From Candidatus Peregrinibacteria bacterium (lineage in GTDB: Bacteria; Patescibacteriota; Gracilibacteria; UBA1369), in NCBI GenBank assembly GCA_963708185.1, contig OY970195.1, forward strand, positions 1,056,001 through 1,120,000: DNA of 64,000 bases. Direction: 5' to 3'. Position numbers and translations under genes: made by a program. The notes under the pieces are model-generated. The model made no database searches, was not told the origin of the DNA, and was given only the letters and a program-made list of their open reading frames with translations. This document shows, piece by piece, positions 37,817 to 48,040 of the stretch. The stretch's first letter is position 1, and each line of letters starts with the position of its first letter.

Positions 37817-38318
37817 GGAGGTGAAGCTCAAGAAACGTATGCCTTTGTACGTGGTTCTGGACAATATCCGGAGTATTTACAACGTGGGCGCCATGTTCAG
37901 GACCTGCGACGCTGTTCTCGCCAAAAAAATCATTCTCTGCGGAATTACCGGGCATCCGCCGAGAAAGGACATTGATAAAGTCGCTTTAGGGGCTGTTGAA
38001 GTGGTTCCATGGGAATACTGTCCATCCATCACCGAAACCCTCCTGAAACTCAAAGAAAACGGGGTCAAAATATGCGCTCTGGAACTGACAAAACAGAGTC
38101 TCAATTATCATGAGGCTTCATATGCCTTTCCGATGGCGCTGATCGTCGGAAATGAGGTTGACGGCATCAGTGAGGAAGCGATGCCTTATGTTGATTTTTC
38201 GATCGACATTCCGATGCTGGGCAGAGCAAACTCCTTGAATGTGGCGACGGCCCTGGGCATAGCGGCCTATGAGATTCAGTACCGATATCAACATGCTACA
38301 ATGAAGGCCGATTCATAA
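37755..38318 (+). CDS. SpoU/TrmH-family RNA methyltransferase
   Basis: VLDNIRSIYNVGAMFRT, VGNEVDG and IPMLGRANSLNVA motifs. Confidence 0.92.
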   Translation: MQQQILKLSHQQIQASKPSIEEVKLKKRMPLYVVLDNIRSIYNVGAMFRTCDAVLAKKIILCGITGHPPRKDIDKVALGAVEVVPWEYCPSITETLLKLKENGVKICALELTKQSLNYHEASYAFPMALIVGNEVDGISEEAMPYVDFSIDIPMLGRANSLNVATALGIAAYEIQYRYQHATMKADS

Positions 38319-38323
38319 TTTCT

Positions 38324-38815
38324 ATGCTCAAGCTGGAGTTTGAAAATCAGGTGAAAAATTTTCGTGGAACAAAAAAAATTTTTTGGCGGTACTTTCAAAA
38401 AACAGAAAAGATCCTGCTGAAACTTCCCGGATTTCAGGGAAAACTCAAAGGGACCGTCATGATCATCCTGACCGGCGACGCCCAGGTCCATGCTTTGAAC
38501 AGGGAATACCGGAGCGTGGACAAACCCACGGACGTCCTTTCTTTCAGCTATTTCGGCGAAAAAAAATTCCCGGGAGACGACGCAATCGGTGAGATCGTCA
38601 TCTCGGTGCCTACGGCGAAAAAACAGGCAAAAGAGCACAAGAAAACGTTGGGCCAGGAGCTGTCCTTTTTGTTTTTACACGGTCTTCTTCATGTTTTCGG
38701 TTTCGACCACATCAAGAAAAAAGAGCGGCAAGTGATGTTCGATCTTCAGGATGAAATTGTCGGCGACGACAGCTGGAGAGCCATTTGCGAGGCCGAAGCC
38801 GAAGAGGCTTATTGA
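38324..38815 (+). CDS. ybeY: rRNA maturation endoribonuclease YbeY
   Basis: LNREYR..DKPTDVLSF and HGLLHVFGFDH motifs. Confidence 0.95.
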   Translation: MLKLEFENQVKNFRGTKKIFWRYFQKTEKILLKLPGFQGKLKGTVMIILTGDAQVHALNREYRSVDKPTDVLSFSYFGEKKFPGDDAIGEIVISVPTAKKQAKEHKKTLGQELSFLFLHGLLHVFGFDHIKKKERQVMFDLQDEIVGDDSWRAICEAEAEEAY

Positions 38816-38824
38816 TGAGCTTTC

Positions 38825-39373
38825 TTAGAGTTCCTTGAACGTGCTCGGGGCGATGTCGATCTTGAGATTTTCTTCCGAGCGGGCCTTTGCTTTGACGGGG
38901 ACTGTGGCCTCGACGTCCTTGACGATGATGCGGTCTTTTTTTATCTCCAGAATGTTTCCGCGGGCGATAATTTTTTCGTCATACGGGAACAGCCCAAGGA
39001 TGTTTTTGGCGATGGCCAGTTTCGTCATGACATAAAATTTTGGATTCATACCGATGTCGTAGACCTTTCCCAGGTATTTGCCTTTCTCGGTAAAAACCCG
39101 GTTGTACATGATGCGTATCTCTTTTTTTAAAACCTGCTGGACCTTGATGATTTCTCCGGTTTCAAGAATATCTTCCTGGTCGTGGATAAAGATGTTGTCT
39201 TCCCAGAACAAAATGTCGGCGGGTGCGATGACATATTGCCCGCGGGGAGCCAATAAAAATCCCACGACTTTTCCGGTTTCCGGTTCGATGACGATGTCTC
39301 CGACCCGGCCGGCGGGCATTCCTGAGGTCGTGAGAATCGGTGCGCCAATGGTTTGGGTGTAGTAGCGGTCCAT
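38825..39373 (-). CDS. Tandem PRC-barrel domain protein
   Basis: IGAPILT.SG...GRVGDIVIEPETGKVVGF and VFTEKGKYLGKVYDI repeats. Confidence 0.8.
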   Translation of the reverse strand: MDRYYTQTIGAPILTTSGMPAGRVGDIVIEPETGKVVGFLLAPRGQYVIAPADILFWEDNIFIHDQEDILETGEIIKVQQVLKKEIRIMYNRVFTEKGKYLGKVYDIGMNPKFYVMTKLAIAKNILGLFPYDEKIIARGNILEIKKDRIIVKDVEATVPVKAKARSEENLKIDIAPSTFKEL

Positions 39374-39483
39374 GTTTCCAGTGTATCAAATGCTCCGCCA
39401 GCCTGGAACAGGGTTTTATTGACTTTATGCAGGGGTTCGCCTATAGTTTTTTCGCTTTTTCCAAGGTGAAGAGCCTTGTGTTT

Positions 39484-39560
39484 CGGGGTGTAGCGTAGTT
39501 GGCTAGCGCGCCTGGTTTGGGACCAGGAGGTCGTAGGTTCGAATCCTATCACCCCGACCA
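39484..39560 (+). tRNA. tRNA-Pro(TGG)
   Basis: CGGGGTG...CACCCCG ACCA acceptor, anticodon arm CCTGG-TT-TGG-GA-CCAGG. Confidence 0.95.
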
Positions 39561-39624
39561 TGTTCCGCATGGTGCCCGGAAGCAATTGCCGTGCAACCCC
39601 CCGACCATTGTTTTATTCCGTTTT

Positions 39625-39960
39625 ATGAACACTCCGGATATCATTCCAGAATTTTCCGAGGACTTTATCGCTGAGGTCTCAAAACAGTGCAGGGAGCTCG
39701 GCTTTGAACCTCAACAATCCACAGGAAACAAAGGCATGCGGTTCGTACGCAAATCGAAGCTCAAAGCTCCCGGTGTGAACGTGCGTATTGACCGGAGAAA
39801 AGACGCCAACAACGAGACGGTGACGGCCGTCAGCGTCGACGGAGAGCCCTACCGGGTTTACGGAGGCTCCGTGGAAGCCGTGCGTGAATCCGATCCTCAA
39901 AAAGTGATTGAGATTATCCAGCGACGCCTGGAATTTTACAGGAAATTCAGCAAAAAATAG
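39625..39960 (+). CDS. Small hypothetical protein
   Basis: 111-aa frame starting MNTPDIIPEF, downstream of tRNA-Pro. Confidence 0.55.
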   Translation: MNTPDIIPEFSEDFIAEVSKQCRELGFEPQQSTGNKGMRFVRKSKLKAPGVNVRIDRRKDANNETVTAVSVDGEPYRVYGGSVEAVRESDPQKVIEIIQRRLEFYRKFSKK

Positions 39961-39969
39961 CGTGCCAGT

Positions 39970-42429
39970 TTATTTGTTCTGGTTCGGCGGATAGGCACTG
40001 AACCTCCAGTGGTCCCAGTTGATGAGATCGCACTGTGTTTTGGTCAGGGTGTCACCGGTCTTTTTTAGCTTGATGCTGCCGTCATCGTTGACTTCATCGT
40101 AAGACATGAGGTTCCCGACATCTCCGGCGCCCTGGAGGGCGCCTCCGTTAGGGTCTTTTATCCTTTGTCCGCTCAAGTGATGGGCCAGTTCGTGCGCCAA
40201 TGTTCTTCCATCCAAGTCCTTGGCGTTATTGATCGTGATGTTCGCCGCCATTTTCCCATCTGCACTCAGTTCATCCGTTTCGCGCGTTCTCTGGCTGGCA
40301 CCGGCTTCGGAAATGTCATTGGTATAGATCACGGGGGTGCAGGCTCGCATCGGCGATACCGGCTGACCCGTTCTTACCATGTCGGCGACGGTTTCTTCGG
40401 AAAGGGTTTTCCACTGCGCGGCGTTCAAGGTGAATCCGGTGACGTCGATCTTGAGAAAATGCGCACAGTTGCAGCTTGCGGCATTCCGGTAGTAGATATC
40501 CTCGGCCTGTTTTGCGTCGTTTTTGACGTCGTCGAGGGTCACGCCGATGCCCGGCTCGATGAACGCGTTGATGCAAATTCTTTTTTCAGTTTTGCCCTTG
40601 ATGGCCGGAAAAGGCCTTGAGTAGACGGGAACATACACGGAATTTTCGGCTTGTTTGACTTTTGTTCCGCTGCCCGGACGATAGAGCGTTTCACTGTACG
40701 CGGGATCGTTTGAGGTCAGTGTAATTCCGCCGTCGAGCGTAAATTCGCCTTCAGGGAATCCCTGAAAAACGAGATCGCCGATCGGACCGTCATAGGCATC
40801 GCCCGGAAGTTTCGTTCCGGTGAGGGTCACCAACGCGTTGCCGCTTCCATCGGTCGTCTGGTCGGTTTCCAAGAGTGAAGAAAAGGTCGAATTTGGGTTG
40901 AATCCAACCAACTGGAGCTCAGGAGGGACGACAAGCTGTATCTGGAAATTATTCACGGAGGAACCTTTCTGCGGGTTAAAAAGCAGCACGGGGACCCTTG
41001 TTATTTCCGTCGTAACCTCATACCCGGGTTCTCCGCCGAGAGCAAAAGGCATGATGTCCACCGGCTCGGTCATGCTTCTGGCGACTCCTCCCGCTTCGCC
41101 GGTAAACTGGAGGTTTGCCATCCCGAATGCATCGGGCGTGAAGGTGACTTCCGCCGTCCCGTCGTAGTTATCATGCACCGAAATATCGCCGAAATTTGCC
41201 GTGGCTGAAAACTGTGCCTCGGGAACGATGTTGTCGTACTGATCGACCAAAGCCAGCTCGTATTGCCGCCTCCCGGCGGAGTTCTGGTTCGGACCAAGCG
41301 TATCCTGGAGCGCGAGTTTGGACGGAGACCCCGGAAGGAAGTCTATGGACTCCTGGGTTTCTTCACCGCTCGCGTTGTCCTGGATAATCAGCGTGTTTGC
41401 TCCACTGAAATTGCTGGAAACCTGCACTTGATAGTTGCCTTGGCCAAGATCATGGTAGGTAAAGTACTTGATCGGCGACGTTCCATCTTCATTGGAGTCT
41501 ACGGAGGGTCTCCAGAAATAGACGCTCAAATCACCATTTTCTACAGGATCTCCGGCTGCTGACGCAACGGAAAAATTGACGTCGTAATATGAACCGGCCG
41601 CAACCGTTCCGTTTTGCGGACTGATACCATCGACGCGGAACGTCATGGTTGGCGATGAAGGCGGCGTTACGGCTGTCGATCCTGTTGAAACCTGGGAGAG
41701 ATCAACCTGCAGAATCGAAGCATTCGCGTCCCGAGTATAGGCTTTGCCGAGTTTGCGCACCGCAAGGGAGCGGAACATCAGTTCGGCCGTTTTGGCGCGG
41801 GACAGGCCTGCCGCAGGACTGTAGAAAAGACCGGTTTCTTCAAGAAGACCGTTAGCTTTGGCGAAGGCCACGTACGTCGTGAACCACTGGCTCGCCGGGA
41901 CATCTTCATACGGTGCCGACAAGTTCGTGCCCATGCTCCATTGCTGGAGTTCTCCAAGCATTTTCAGTGCCTCCACTTTATTGACTTCCTGTGCGGGGCG
42001 ATAGGTTCCGTCCGGATATCCTTCAACGACGCCTTTTTCTTTGGCATAGCAAACATAGGGAGCAAACCATTCCGTGTGGACGTCAGGGAAACAGTCGTGA
42101 TACACGGTGGGATCGGGGTTCACTCCTTCAAGGAGAATGAAAAGTTTCAGTTCTTCGGCACGGTTCAGGACGCGGTCGGGCTGAAATGTCCCGTCAGGAT
42201 ACCCGCTAAAAATATTCTGATCTTTGAGGTAGCTGATGGCCGTCCAGTTGGGACTCGACGCATCGACGTCCGGAAAAATCGTTGATGATTGCGTCATTTG
42301 AGCCGTCTGGGTTGAGGGGTCGCTTTGGGTACCCGTCGTGTTCTGGGCGAAACCGACGTTGGCGACGAGCACGAGGAAGACTCCGCTCAAAACAAAGAAG
42401 GCTATTTGGGGAAGGTTGATTTTTTTCAT
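39970..42429 (-). CDS. SLH + Ig-like surface protein with a C-terminal zinc-metalloprotease-like motif
   Basis: Signal peptide, GYPDGT SLH repeats, Ig-like segments, then RTLAHELAHHL and an NLMSY Met-turn-like motif. Confidence 0.8.
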   Translation of the reverse strand: MKKINLPQIAFFVLSGVFLVLVANVGFAQNTTGTQSDPSTQTAQMTQSSTIFPDVDASSPNWTAISYLKDQNIFSGYPDGTFQPDRVLNRAEELKLFILLEGVNPDPTVYHDCFPDVHTEWFAPYVCYAKEKGVVEGYPDGTYRPAQEVNKVEALKMLGELQQWSMGTNLSAPYEDVPASQWFTTYVAFAKANGLLEETGLFYSPAAGLSRAKTAELMFRSLAVRKLGKAYTRDANASILQVDLSQVSTGSTAVTPPSSPTMTFRVDGISPQNGTVAAGSYYDVNFSVASAAGDPVENGDLSVYFWRPSVDSNEDGTSPIKYFTYHDLGQGNYQVQVSSNFSGANTLIIQDNASGEETQESIDFLPGSPSKLALQDTLGPNQNSAGRRQYELALVDQYDNIVPEAQFSATANFGDISVHDNYDGTAEVTFTPDAFGMANLQFTGEAGGVARSMTEPVDIMPFALGGEPGYEVTTEITRVPVLLFNPQKGSSVNNFQIQLVVPPELQLVGFNPNSTFSSLLETDQTTDGSGNALVTLTGTKLPGDAYDGPIGDLVFQGFPEGEFTLDGGITLTSNDPAYSETLYRPGSGTKVKQAENSVYVPVYSRPFPAIKGKTEKRICINAFIEPGIGVTLDDVKNDAKQAEDIYYRNAASCNCAHFLKIDVTGFTLNAAQWKTLSEETVADMVRTGQPVSPMRACTPVIYTNDISEAGASQRTRETDELSADGKMAANITINNAKDLDGRTLAHELAHHLSGQRIKDPNGGALQGAGDVGNLMSYDEVNDDGSIKLKKTGDTLTKTQCDLINWDHWRFSAYPPNQNK

Positions 42430-42510
42430 GGGGCAAGTGGTCAAATTATGTTTATTGTACCGCACTGCCCCATGATTTTTCAAATTTCAGAATTGATCCG
42501 TTCCTGATCA

Positions 42511-43248
42511 CTACTTCGTGAAGGTGAACGTCTGGATCATGTCAGCGACCTGATTGTAGTAGCCGTCGAGAACGTAATCGGAAATATCCTGCGGGGAGGG
42601 CTGGTCTCGATAGTCGCTGGCGTTTTCCACCTGTTCAATGGCGAAACACATGCCTTTATGGACGGTTCGGTAACTGTTCGCTTGGATGTACTGCATGGTC
42701 GCCGCATCCTGGATCGGTATAACGGTAAAATCGATACCATTGATGGTTTTGACGGTGGTCTGGACGGCGAAATTAGGATCCGGTTTCAGACAGTTCTGCA
42801 CGTCATCGGGATTGTCGCTGACCCCGATGCGAAGTTCGGTATCAAAATAACGAGGATAGCTGGAATCATTTTCTATTGTGAAAACAGGGATGCTGACAAC
42901 GGGAGTTCCTTTTGATGTGTCAGGGGCCAGTACTCTCCAGTCGCCGGAAAGGAAATGGAAAGACTGGAAACTTTCGCTTGGTGTCAGGTTTTCGGGATAT
43001 GCAACCTTAAAGCCGTATTTCTCGTTGCTATAGATTTTTGTACCGCTCTGTTGGGTCATCATTTCTTCGGTCGGCGCTATCGTTACGGAAGCCTGTTGAT
43101 TTTTCGTGGTTGCCGGCTGGGATTGGGACGTGGTTGTTTCCCGGGGGACAGTATTCGAAGTTTCCGGCGCTGACGGAGTTTGCGTGCAGCCGGCAATGAT
43201 GAGAACTGCAGCAAGTCCGGCCGTGGAGAAAGCGATGCGTTTCGACAT
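42511..43248 (-). CDS. Lipoprotein (PsbP-like YxNxxYGF module)
   Basis: Lipobox IIAGC, Thr/Ser-rich linker, IYSNEKYGFKVAYP, C-terminal MIQTFTFTK. Confidence 0.75.
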   Translation of the reverse strand: MSKRIAFSTAGLAAVLIIAGCTQTPSAPETSNTVPRETTTSQSQPATTKNQQASVTIAPTEEMMTQQSGTKIYSNEKYGFKVAYPENLTPSESFQSFHFLSGDWRVLAPDTSKGTPVVSIPVFTIENDSSYPRYFDTELRIGVSDNPDDVQNCLKPDPNFAVQTTVKTINGIDFTVIPIQDAATMQYIQANSYRTVHKGMCFAIEQVENASDYRDQPSPQDISDYVLDGYYNQVADMIQTFTFTK

Positions 43249-43397
43249 ATGAATGTGGAGGATTAAAGGGTTTGGAGTTATTTTGAAAAATGCTAGCATT
43301 GTTTGGGACTTCGAGAAAGCGAAATTGTTTCTGTTTTCGCGGCTTTTTTGGCATAATGCTGGTTACATATTTCATTTCTTATCCCATTAATTTTTTT

Positions 43398-43820
43398 ATG
43401 CCTCAACTGACTTTCAATTATGCCGCCATCGTGGTGTGCGGCGTTGTGTACATGGTGATCGGCATGGTCTGGTACGGCCCGCTCTTCAATAAGACCTGGG
43501 CAAAAATGAACGGCTTTGATCTGTCCGATAAAAAGAAAATGAAAGAGATGCAGAAGAAGGCGGGGCCTTCGTACGTCGTATCTTTTATCGGCAGCCTGGT
43601 CATGGCGTACGTGCTTTCGATGTTCCTCGACCTGAGCATGGCAAAGACGGCCATGGACGGAGTCATTACGGGCTTCTGGGCCTGGCTCGGTTTCGTTGCT
43701 CCTACCTCGCTGTGCATTTATATGTTCACGCAGAAACCGGTCAAACTCTGGATGATCGACAGCGGTTATGCGCTGGTTTCTTTGCTGGCTTTCGGTGCCA
43801 TTCTTGCGGCGTGGGTTTAA
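43398..43820 (+). CDS. DUF1761-family membrane protein
   Basis: NYAAI...GMVWYGPLF.K.W, WLGFVAPT and IDSGY motifs. Confidence 0.85.
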   Translation: MPQLTFNYAAIVVCGVVYMVIGMVWYGPLFNKTWAKMNGFDLSDKKKMKEMQKKAGPSYVVSFIGSLVMAYVLSMFLDLSMAKTAMDGVITGFWAWLGFVAPTSLCIYMFTQKPVKLWMIDSGYALVSLLAFGAILAAWV

Positions 43821-43838
43821 AAATTTTCACAGGTTCAT

Positions 43839-43868
43839 GCAAAAGCCCCGCGAATGCGGGGCTTTTGC
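43839..43868. terminator. Bidirectional Rho-independent terminator
   Basis: GCAAAAGCCCCGC-GAAT-GCGGGGCTTTTGC between convergent genes. Confidence 0.85.
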
Positions 43869-43887
43869 GGTAAGGAAGGACAGAGGG

Positions 43888-44250
43888 TTATTGCTCCTTA
43901 TCTTTTTTGAGCTTTGAACGGGTGAGCTGGATTTGCGCCCGGATGGTTTCATGACTGATGTGAGCTTCAAGTTTCGTTATACATTCTTCGATGTGGATGA
44001 TACAAACCTGTATGTCACTTTTTGCCTTTTCCGTTTCCTCAACTTGCTGAAAATTTTCCATTCCTGTTTTTTGACGACGTAATTCCTGAACGATCCGTTC
44101 AGCTTCGCCGTTGAATCCAGTGTTGGGATTTTTGAGGGCTTCAAAGACATTTTTGAAAAGATCGTTGAGCGTGAGAATCGCTTTCCAGGTTTCAGGATTT
44201 TCGTCTTCCTGACTATTTTCCTGCGGATTTTTCGGGAATTTTTGGTCCAT
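43888..44250 (-). CDS. Hypothetical helical protein
   Basis: 120-aa ORF ending near the shared terminator. Confidence 0.55.
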   Translation of the reverse strand: MDQKFPKNPQENSQEDENPETWKAILTLNDLFKNVFEALKNPNTGFNGEAERIVQELRRQKTGMENFQQVEETEKAKSDIQVCIIHIEECITKLEAHISHETIRAQIQLTRSKLKKDKEQ

Positions 44251-44364
44251 CGTTTTGTGTAAAGGTTTTTTATTCTATCATTTTTTCTTATTTTGTCAAT
44301 TTCGCGTTGACTTTGGATTTTTTTGGGAGGATAACGGAGGTGACAATACGTAACCCTGACCGCT

Positions 44365-45222
44365 ATGGAGGTCATGCAGTCCCAACATTATCGGGAAGCA
44401 GGGGAACAGGCGAAAGATGTCTTGCGCCTGCACGCTACAGCTTTGGATCAAAAAGAAAAGCGTTCTTTGGAGGTGGATATTTTACGTGCGGAAAATCTGA
44501 AAAAGATCGAGGGTGCCACTGGCTTGCGCTTTGACGTTTTCAGGAAAACCGATCCTCACGTCGCTGCTTTTATTACGGTTGCGGAGCAACAAACGTTCAT
44601 GGCCGAGCATTCGCTGGATAACCTTGGGTGGGCCATGTATGCGGCAAAACATGAACTGAAACACAAGCAAACCAAAGACTTCATGCAGCTTGGGAACGAG
44701 AAGATCACCGTGTTCAGCGACCAATATAATGCCCTTGATGAGGCGCTCAACGGTGTGGGCATCGACATGAAAAGCGTCAACTGGATCGAAGGGTTTACGG
44801 ATCTTTTAACGGCGCGGGAGATCGGCGAGCACGCCAACAGCGGATACAACGACCATGAAGTTCCTGCGGCGGAACAGCTGGATGATTTGTGCGTTGAAAT
44901 GACCGGGGCTTCCTTGGCCGAAGCTTTCAATATGAACAACGTAGGGTTGTTTACCGCGCGGCTTCGTCAGTTATGCGAAATGCTGATGCTCAAGAAAGCC
45001 TATGAACACCTGGCGGCGCAGGATAAGGACGCAGCCGCGCTGCGCAGCGATGTGGAAGCAAAAATTATAACCCTCCGTCCGATTATCCACAGCAAAGAGG
45101 ACGCGGAAAGAGCCGTCGGAAAAATCGTCTGTGAATGTATTGCCCTCAAGGAAGTTCGCCGCTATGTTGGCCTGGATGAAAACCTTTCGAGCCTATCAAC
45201 ACCGTCCGGAATGCTTTCGTGA
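44365..45222 (+). CDS. Hypothetical protein with HExxH...EG zincin-like motif
   Basis: AAKHELKHK followed by WIEGFTD. Confidence 0.65.
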   Translation: MEVMQSQHYREAGEQAKDVLRLHATALDQKEKRSLEVDILRAENLKKIEGATGLRFDVFRKTDPHVAAFITVAEQQTFMAEHSLDNLGWAMYAAKHELKHKQTKDFMQLGNEKITVFSDQYNALDEALNGVGIDMKSVNWIEGFTDLLTAREIGEHANSGYNDHEVPAAEQLDDLCVEMTGASLAEAFNMNNVGLFTARLRQLCEMLMLKKAYEHLAAQDKDAAALRSDVEAKIITLRPIIHSKEDAERAVGKIVCECIALKEVRRYVGLDENLSSLSTPSGMLS

Positions 45223-46399
45223 CGTCGACGAGTCCACGTGGAAAAACTGGATCTGGCAGCAACAGCATGCCGTTCGAAACCGGTTCGGCTTACGGAAAAT
45301 ATTTCCGGCTTTTCCAGATATTGAACTGCAAAAAGCCGAGTCCTGGGAACAACGGGGTTTCCGTTTTTTAATCACTCCCTACGTTGCGTCGATTATCCAG
45401 AAAGACCTGAATGGAAACCCTTTGCAGCATGACCCTGTATGGCGGCAGGTTTTCCCGGTTTTCGGCGATGCGAAAGAAACCCGAGTCCCTCCCGATGAAT
45501 ACTCGCCCGATCATGAGAATTGGGAGATTGAAGAGGAGATGATTTCGCCGATTGCCCTGCACAAGTACGATAACCGCGTGCTCGTGATGACGAGCGACGT
45601 TTGTCTGGGCTATTGCGTGTACTGTTTTCGCTCGCTCCAGTCGGATGATAAGGCGGAAAAGCATGGAGGAAAGCCCTTCTGGGAGGAGACCATTGAAGCG
45701 ATCCGCCAACGTCCTCAGGTGGAAGAAGTGATTTTGAGCGGCGGCGATCCGCTGCTGTACGACAACGCAAACATTGAAGAAATGCTGCGGGATCTGCGAG
45801 GGATTGCCCACCTGAAAGCGATCCGCATTCACACCCGGGCGTGGCTCCATAATCCATACCGTTTTGATGCCGTTCTGTGCGGGTTGTTGAAAGAATATTC
45901 CGTTACGGAACTGGGCGTCCACGTGATTCATTCTCAGGAATTGACGTGTGATTTTGTGGAAGCCGCGCAACGGGTGCGGGCGAGCGGCGCCATGACGATG
46001 CTGATGTGCGATACGCCGCTGGTGCGCGGTGTGAACGACAACGCGGATACTTTGCATGAACTGTTCATGGGTTTGTATACCAGCGGCGTGAAGCCTTACT
46101 ACTTGAGTCATGTGATGCCGAATATTCCGGGAGCCGCAAGCCAGCGGACGAGCGTCAAAGAAGGCCTGCGACTCTATAATTCTCTAAAAAGACGAATATC
46201 CAATCCCGCCATGCCGGAATATATCCTGACGCACCGCACTGGCAAAAAAACCGTCCCGGACTGCGAGGATGGCACACCGGATTTTCTTTACGAGAAGGAT
46301 CAAAACGGCTGGCCGGTTATCCGTTTCAAAGACTGGAAAGGACAATGGGAAACCTATCTCGACGCCGAGGAATCCCCGGCAGCTTCCACATCATTGTGA
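45176..46399 (+). CDS. KamA-family radical SAM/PLP amino acid 2,3-aminomutase
   Basis: W.NW.WQQQH, HKYDNRVL, CLGYCVYCFR, EVILSGGDPL, IRIHTR, LVRGVND and GVKPYYL motifs. Confidence 0.9.
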   Translation: MKTFRAYQHRPECFRDVDESTWKNWIWQQQHAVRNRFGLRKIFPAFPDIELQKAESWEQRGFRFLITPYVASIIQKDLNGNPLQHDPVWRQVFPVFGDAKETRVPPDEYSPDHENWEIEEEMISPIALHKYDNRVLVMTSDVCLGYCVYCFRSLQSDDKAEKHGGKPFWEETIEAIRQRPQVEEVILSGGDPLLYDNANIEEMLRDLRGIAHLKAIRIHTRAWLHNPYRFDAVLCGLLKEYSVTELGVHVIHSQELTCDFVEAAQRVRASGAMTMLMCDTPLVRGVNDNADTLHELFMGLYTSGVKPYYLSHVMPNIPGAASQRTSVKEGLRLYNSLKRRISNPAMPEYILTHRTGKKTVPDCEDGTPDFLYEKDQNGWPVIRFKDWKGQWETYLDAEESPAASTSL

Positions 46400-46459
46400 G
46401 GAGGCGAGCTTGACCTGGAAGCGGATTTCTATTAGATTTGCTTTCCTCATTTTTGCTTT

Positions 46460-48004
46460 ATGTCAGACGACGACATCAATAAACCAGGCGGACCCGACGA
46501 TGATAAAGACCGTGAAGATCTCGATTATGACGACGAGGATTCGGGCATCTTCCGCAGAAAGGGTGTATCGAAGCGTTTGTCCAGCAGTCTCTACAGCGAT
46601 GATTTTTCCGGCACGCCGGACGAGGTCAAAGCGTACATTGAACGACGCCTGCAACTGCAGAATGTTTATAACGTCCGCAAGGAGATGCGTGACAGCTTCC
46701 GTAATTTTGCCGAACGCAACCAATGGCTTGGCGGTGTTCTGGGGATAAATTTTGTCTCTCCGACGACGGCCCAGAGAATATCCGAAGAAGAGCAGTCGAT
46801 GAAGTTTCTCTCCATTCGCAAGACGGCCGTTCGAAATCAAGATCCAAACGTAGCACTCCTTGAGGCCGACTACACGCGCAGAGAAATCGAAAAGGACCCG
46901 AAAGTCATGAATGCCGAAGAGTACGCGAAATATATCGCCGGCAAAAAAAGACACCTGCTGAAGGAGGGAAAATACAAAAAATGGCGCGATGCCATGCTCG
47001 GCTTAAGGAATCGCTTCAAAAGCGACCCGGAGATGCACGCTTTTTACAGGATCATACGCTATGAAGCATGCAGCGCCTTTACCAGAGTTCTACTTGAGGA
47101 AAATCCAGATAAGATCGCCGAAGGGCTGATGTATCTCGGCGGCATCGAGCTTTTTGACGCCGAAGACCTCCTTGATGTTCCAAAAGAAATCTTCGAGCTG
47201 GAACATATCCGTGAACGTCTCATCGCTCTGCTTGAAGAGCTGATTCCCGGTTATTATTTGGGGGTCCGCACCCATCTGGTGAAACTGGGGTTCTTTCAGA
47301 GTTATTCGGATATCGACCACCACCTCCGGATCGTCGTAAAGGTGAAAGAGATCCTGGAAGACGCTTTGAACCGCGACGCGGCCGTATTTGCCGAGTACCG
47401 TGAAAGTTTCATCAAAGGAGGCATGGAACTTAAATTCAGTGAGAGGGATGAAAAACATTTCAAGGAAAAACTGTTGAGAAAACTGAGGATCGCCGCCGCA
47501 AAGTCACCGGGAAAGTACCTCGCGGAACGCAACCATCTCGACATGCTCAACGTCATGGATGCGGAAGAGGCCGATGCCGATCCGCAGACGCGGTGGTATC
47601 TGCTGGGGCATAAGCTACAATGGGGTAGTATTCATCCATGGGCGCTCTCCAAGATGGAAAGGCTCTGGCGTTTTTGCGGACTGAGCGTCATGGACGATGT
47701 TTCGACGGACGAGTTTGAAAACCAGGAAGATTCCGAACTGCAGGGAAGTCCCCTCAAGGCGGTTACGATTGATTATATGCCGCTTACGAACAAAAATTTC
47801 AGTACTGAGGTTATCGCCGACATGTCGGCCCATTTTTGCCAAGCCGAAAAGGAGCTGTACGAGCAGATGGAAGAAGAAACGAAAAAACTTTCCCAGGACT
47901 ACCTTGATTACGCCGCGGGGGAAATATACAAACTCCAGAGCCGATTTCCGCAGTATGACGGCATGAACGGCGGAAAGGGTTATATGGCGCACATCATACG
48001 TTAA
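46460..48004 (+). CDS. Hypothetical helical protein with acidic N-terminus
   Basis: 514-aa open frame; no recognisable motif. Confidence 0.7.
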   Translation: MSDDDINKPGGPDDDKDREDLDYDDEDSGIFRRKGVSKRLSSSLYSDDFSGTPDEVKAYIERRLQLQNVYNVRKEMRDSFRNFAERNQWLGGVLGINFVSPTTAQRISEEEQSMKFLSIRKTAVRNQDPNVALLEADYTRREIEKDPKVMNAEEYAKYIAGKKRHLLKEGKYKKWRDAMLGLRNRFKSDPEMHAFYRIIRYEACSAFTRVLLEENPDKIAEGLMYLGGIELFDAEDLLDVPKEIFELEHIRERLIALLEELIPGYYLGVRTHLVKLGFFQSYSDIDHHLRIVVKVKEILEDALNRDAAVFAEYRESFIKGGMELKFSERDEKHFKEKLLRKLRIAAAKSPGKYLAERNHLDMLNVMDAEEADADPQTRWYLLGHKLQWGSIHPWALSKMERLWRFCGLSVMDDVSTDEFENQEDSELQGSPLKAVTIDYMPLTNKNFSTEVIADMSAHFCQAEKELYEQMEEETKKLSQDYLDYAAGEIYKLQSRFPQYDGMNGGKGYMAHIIR

Positions 48005-48040
48005 GGTGTTTCGCAGCAAGAGTTGCTGTATGCTGTTTTC

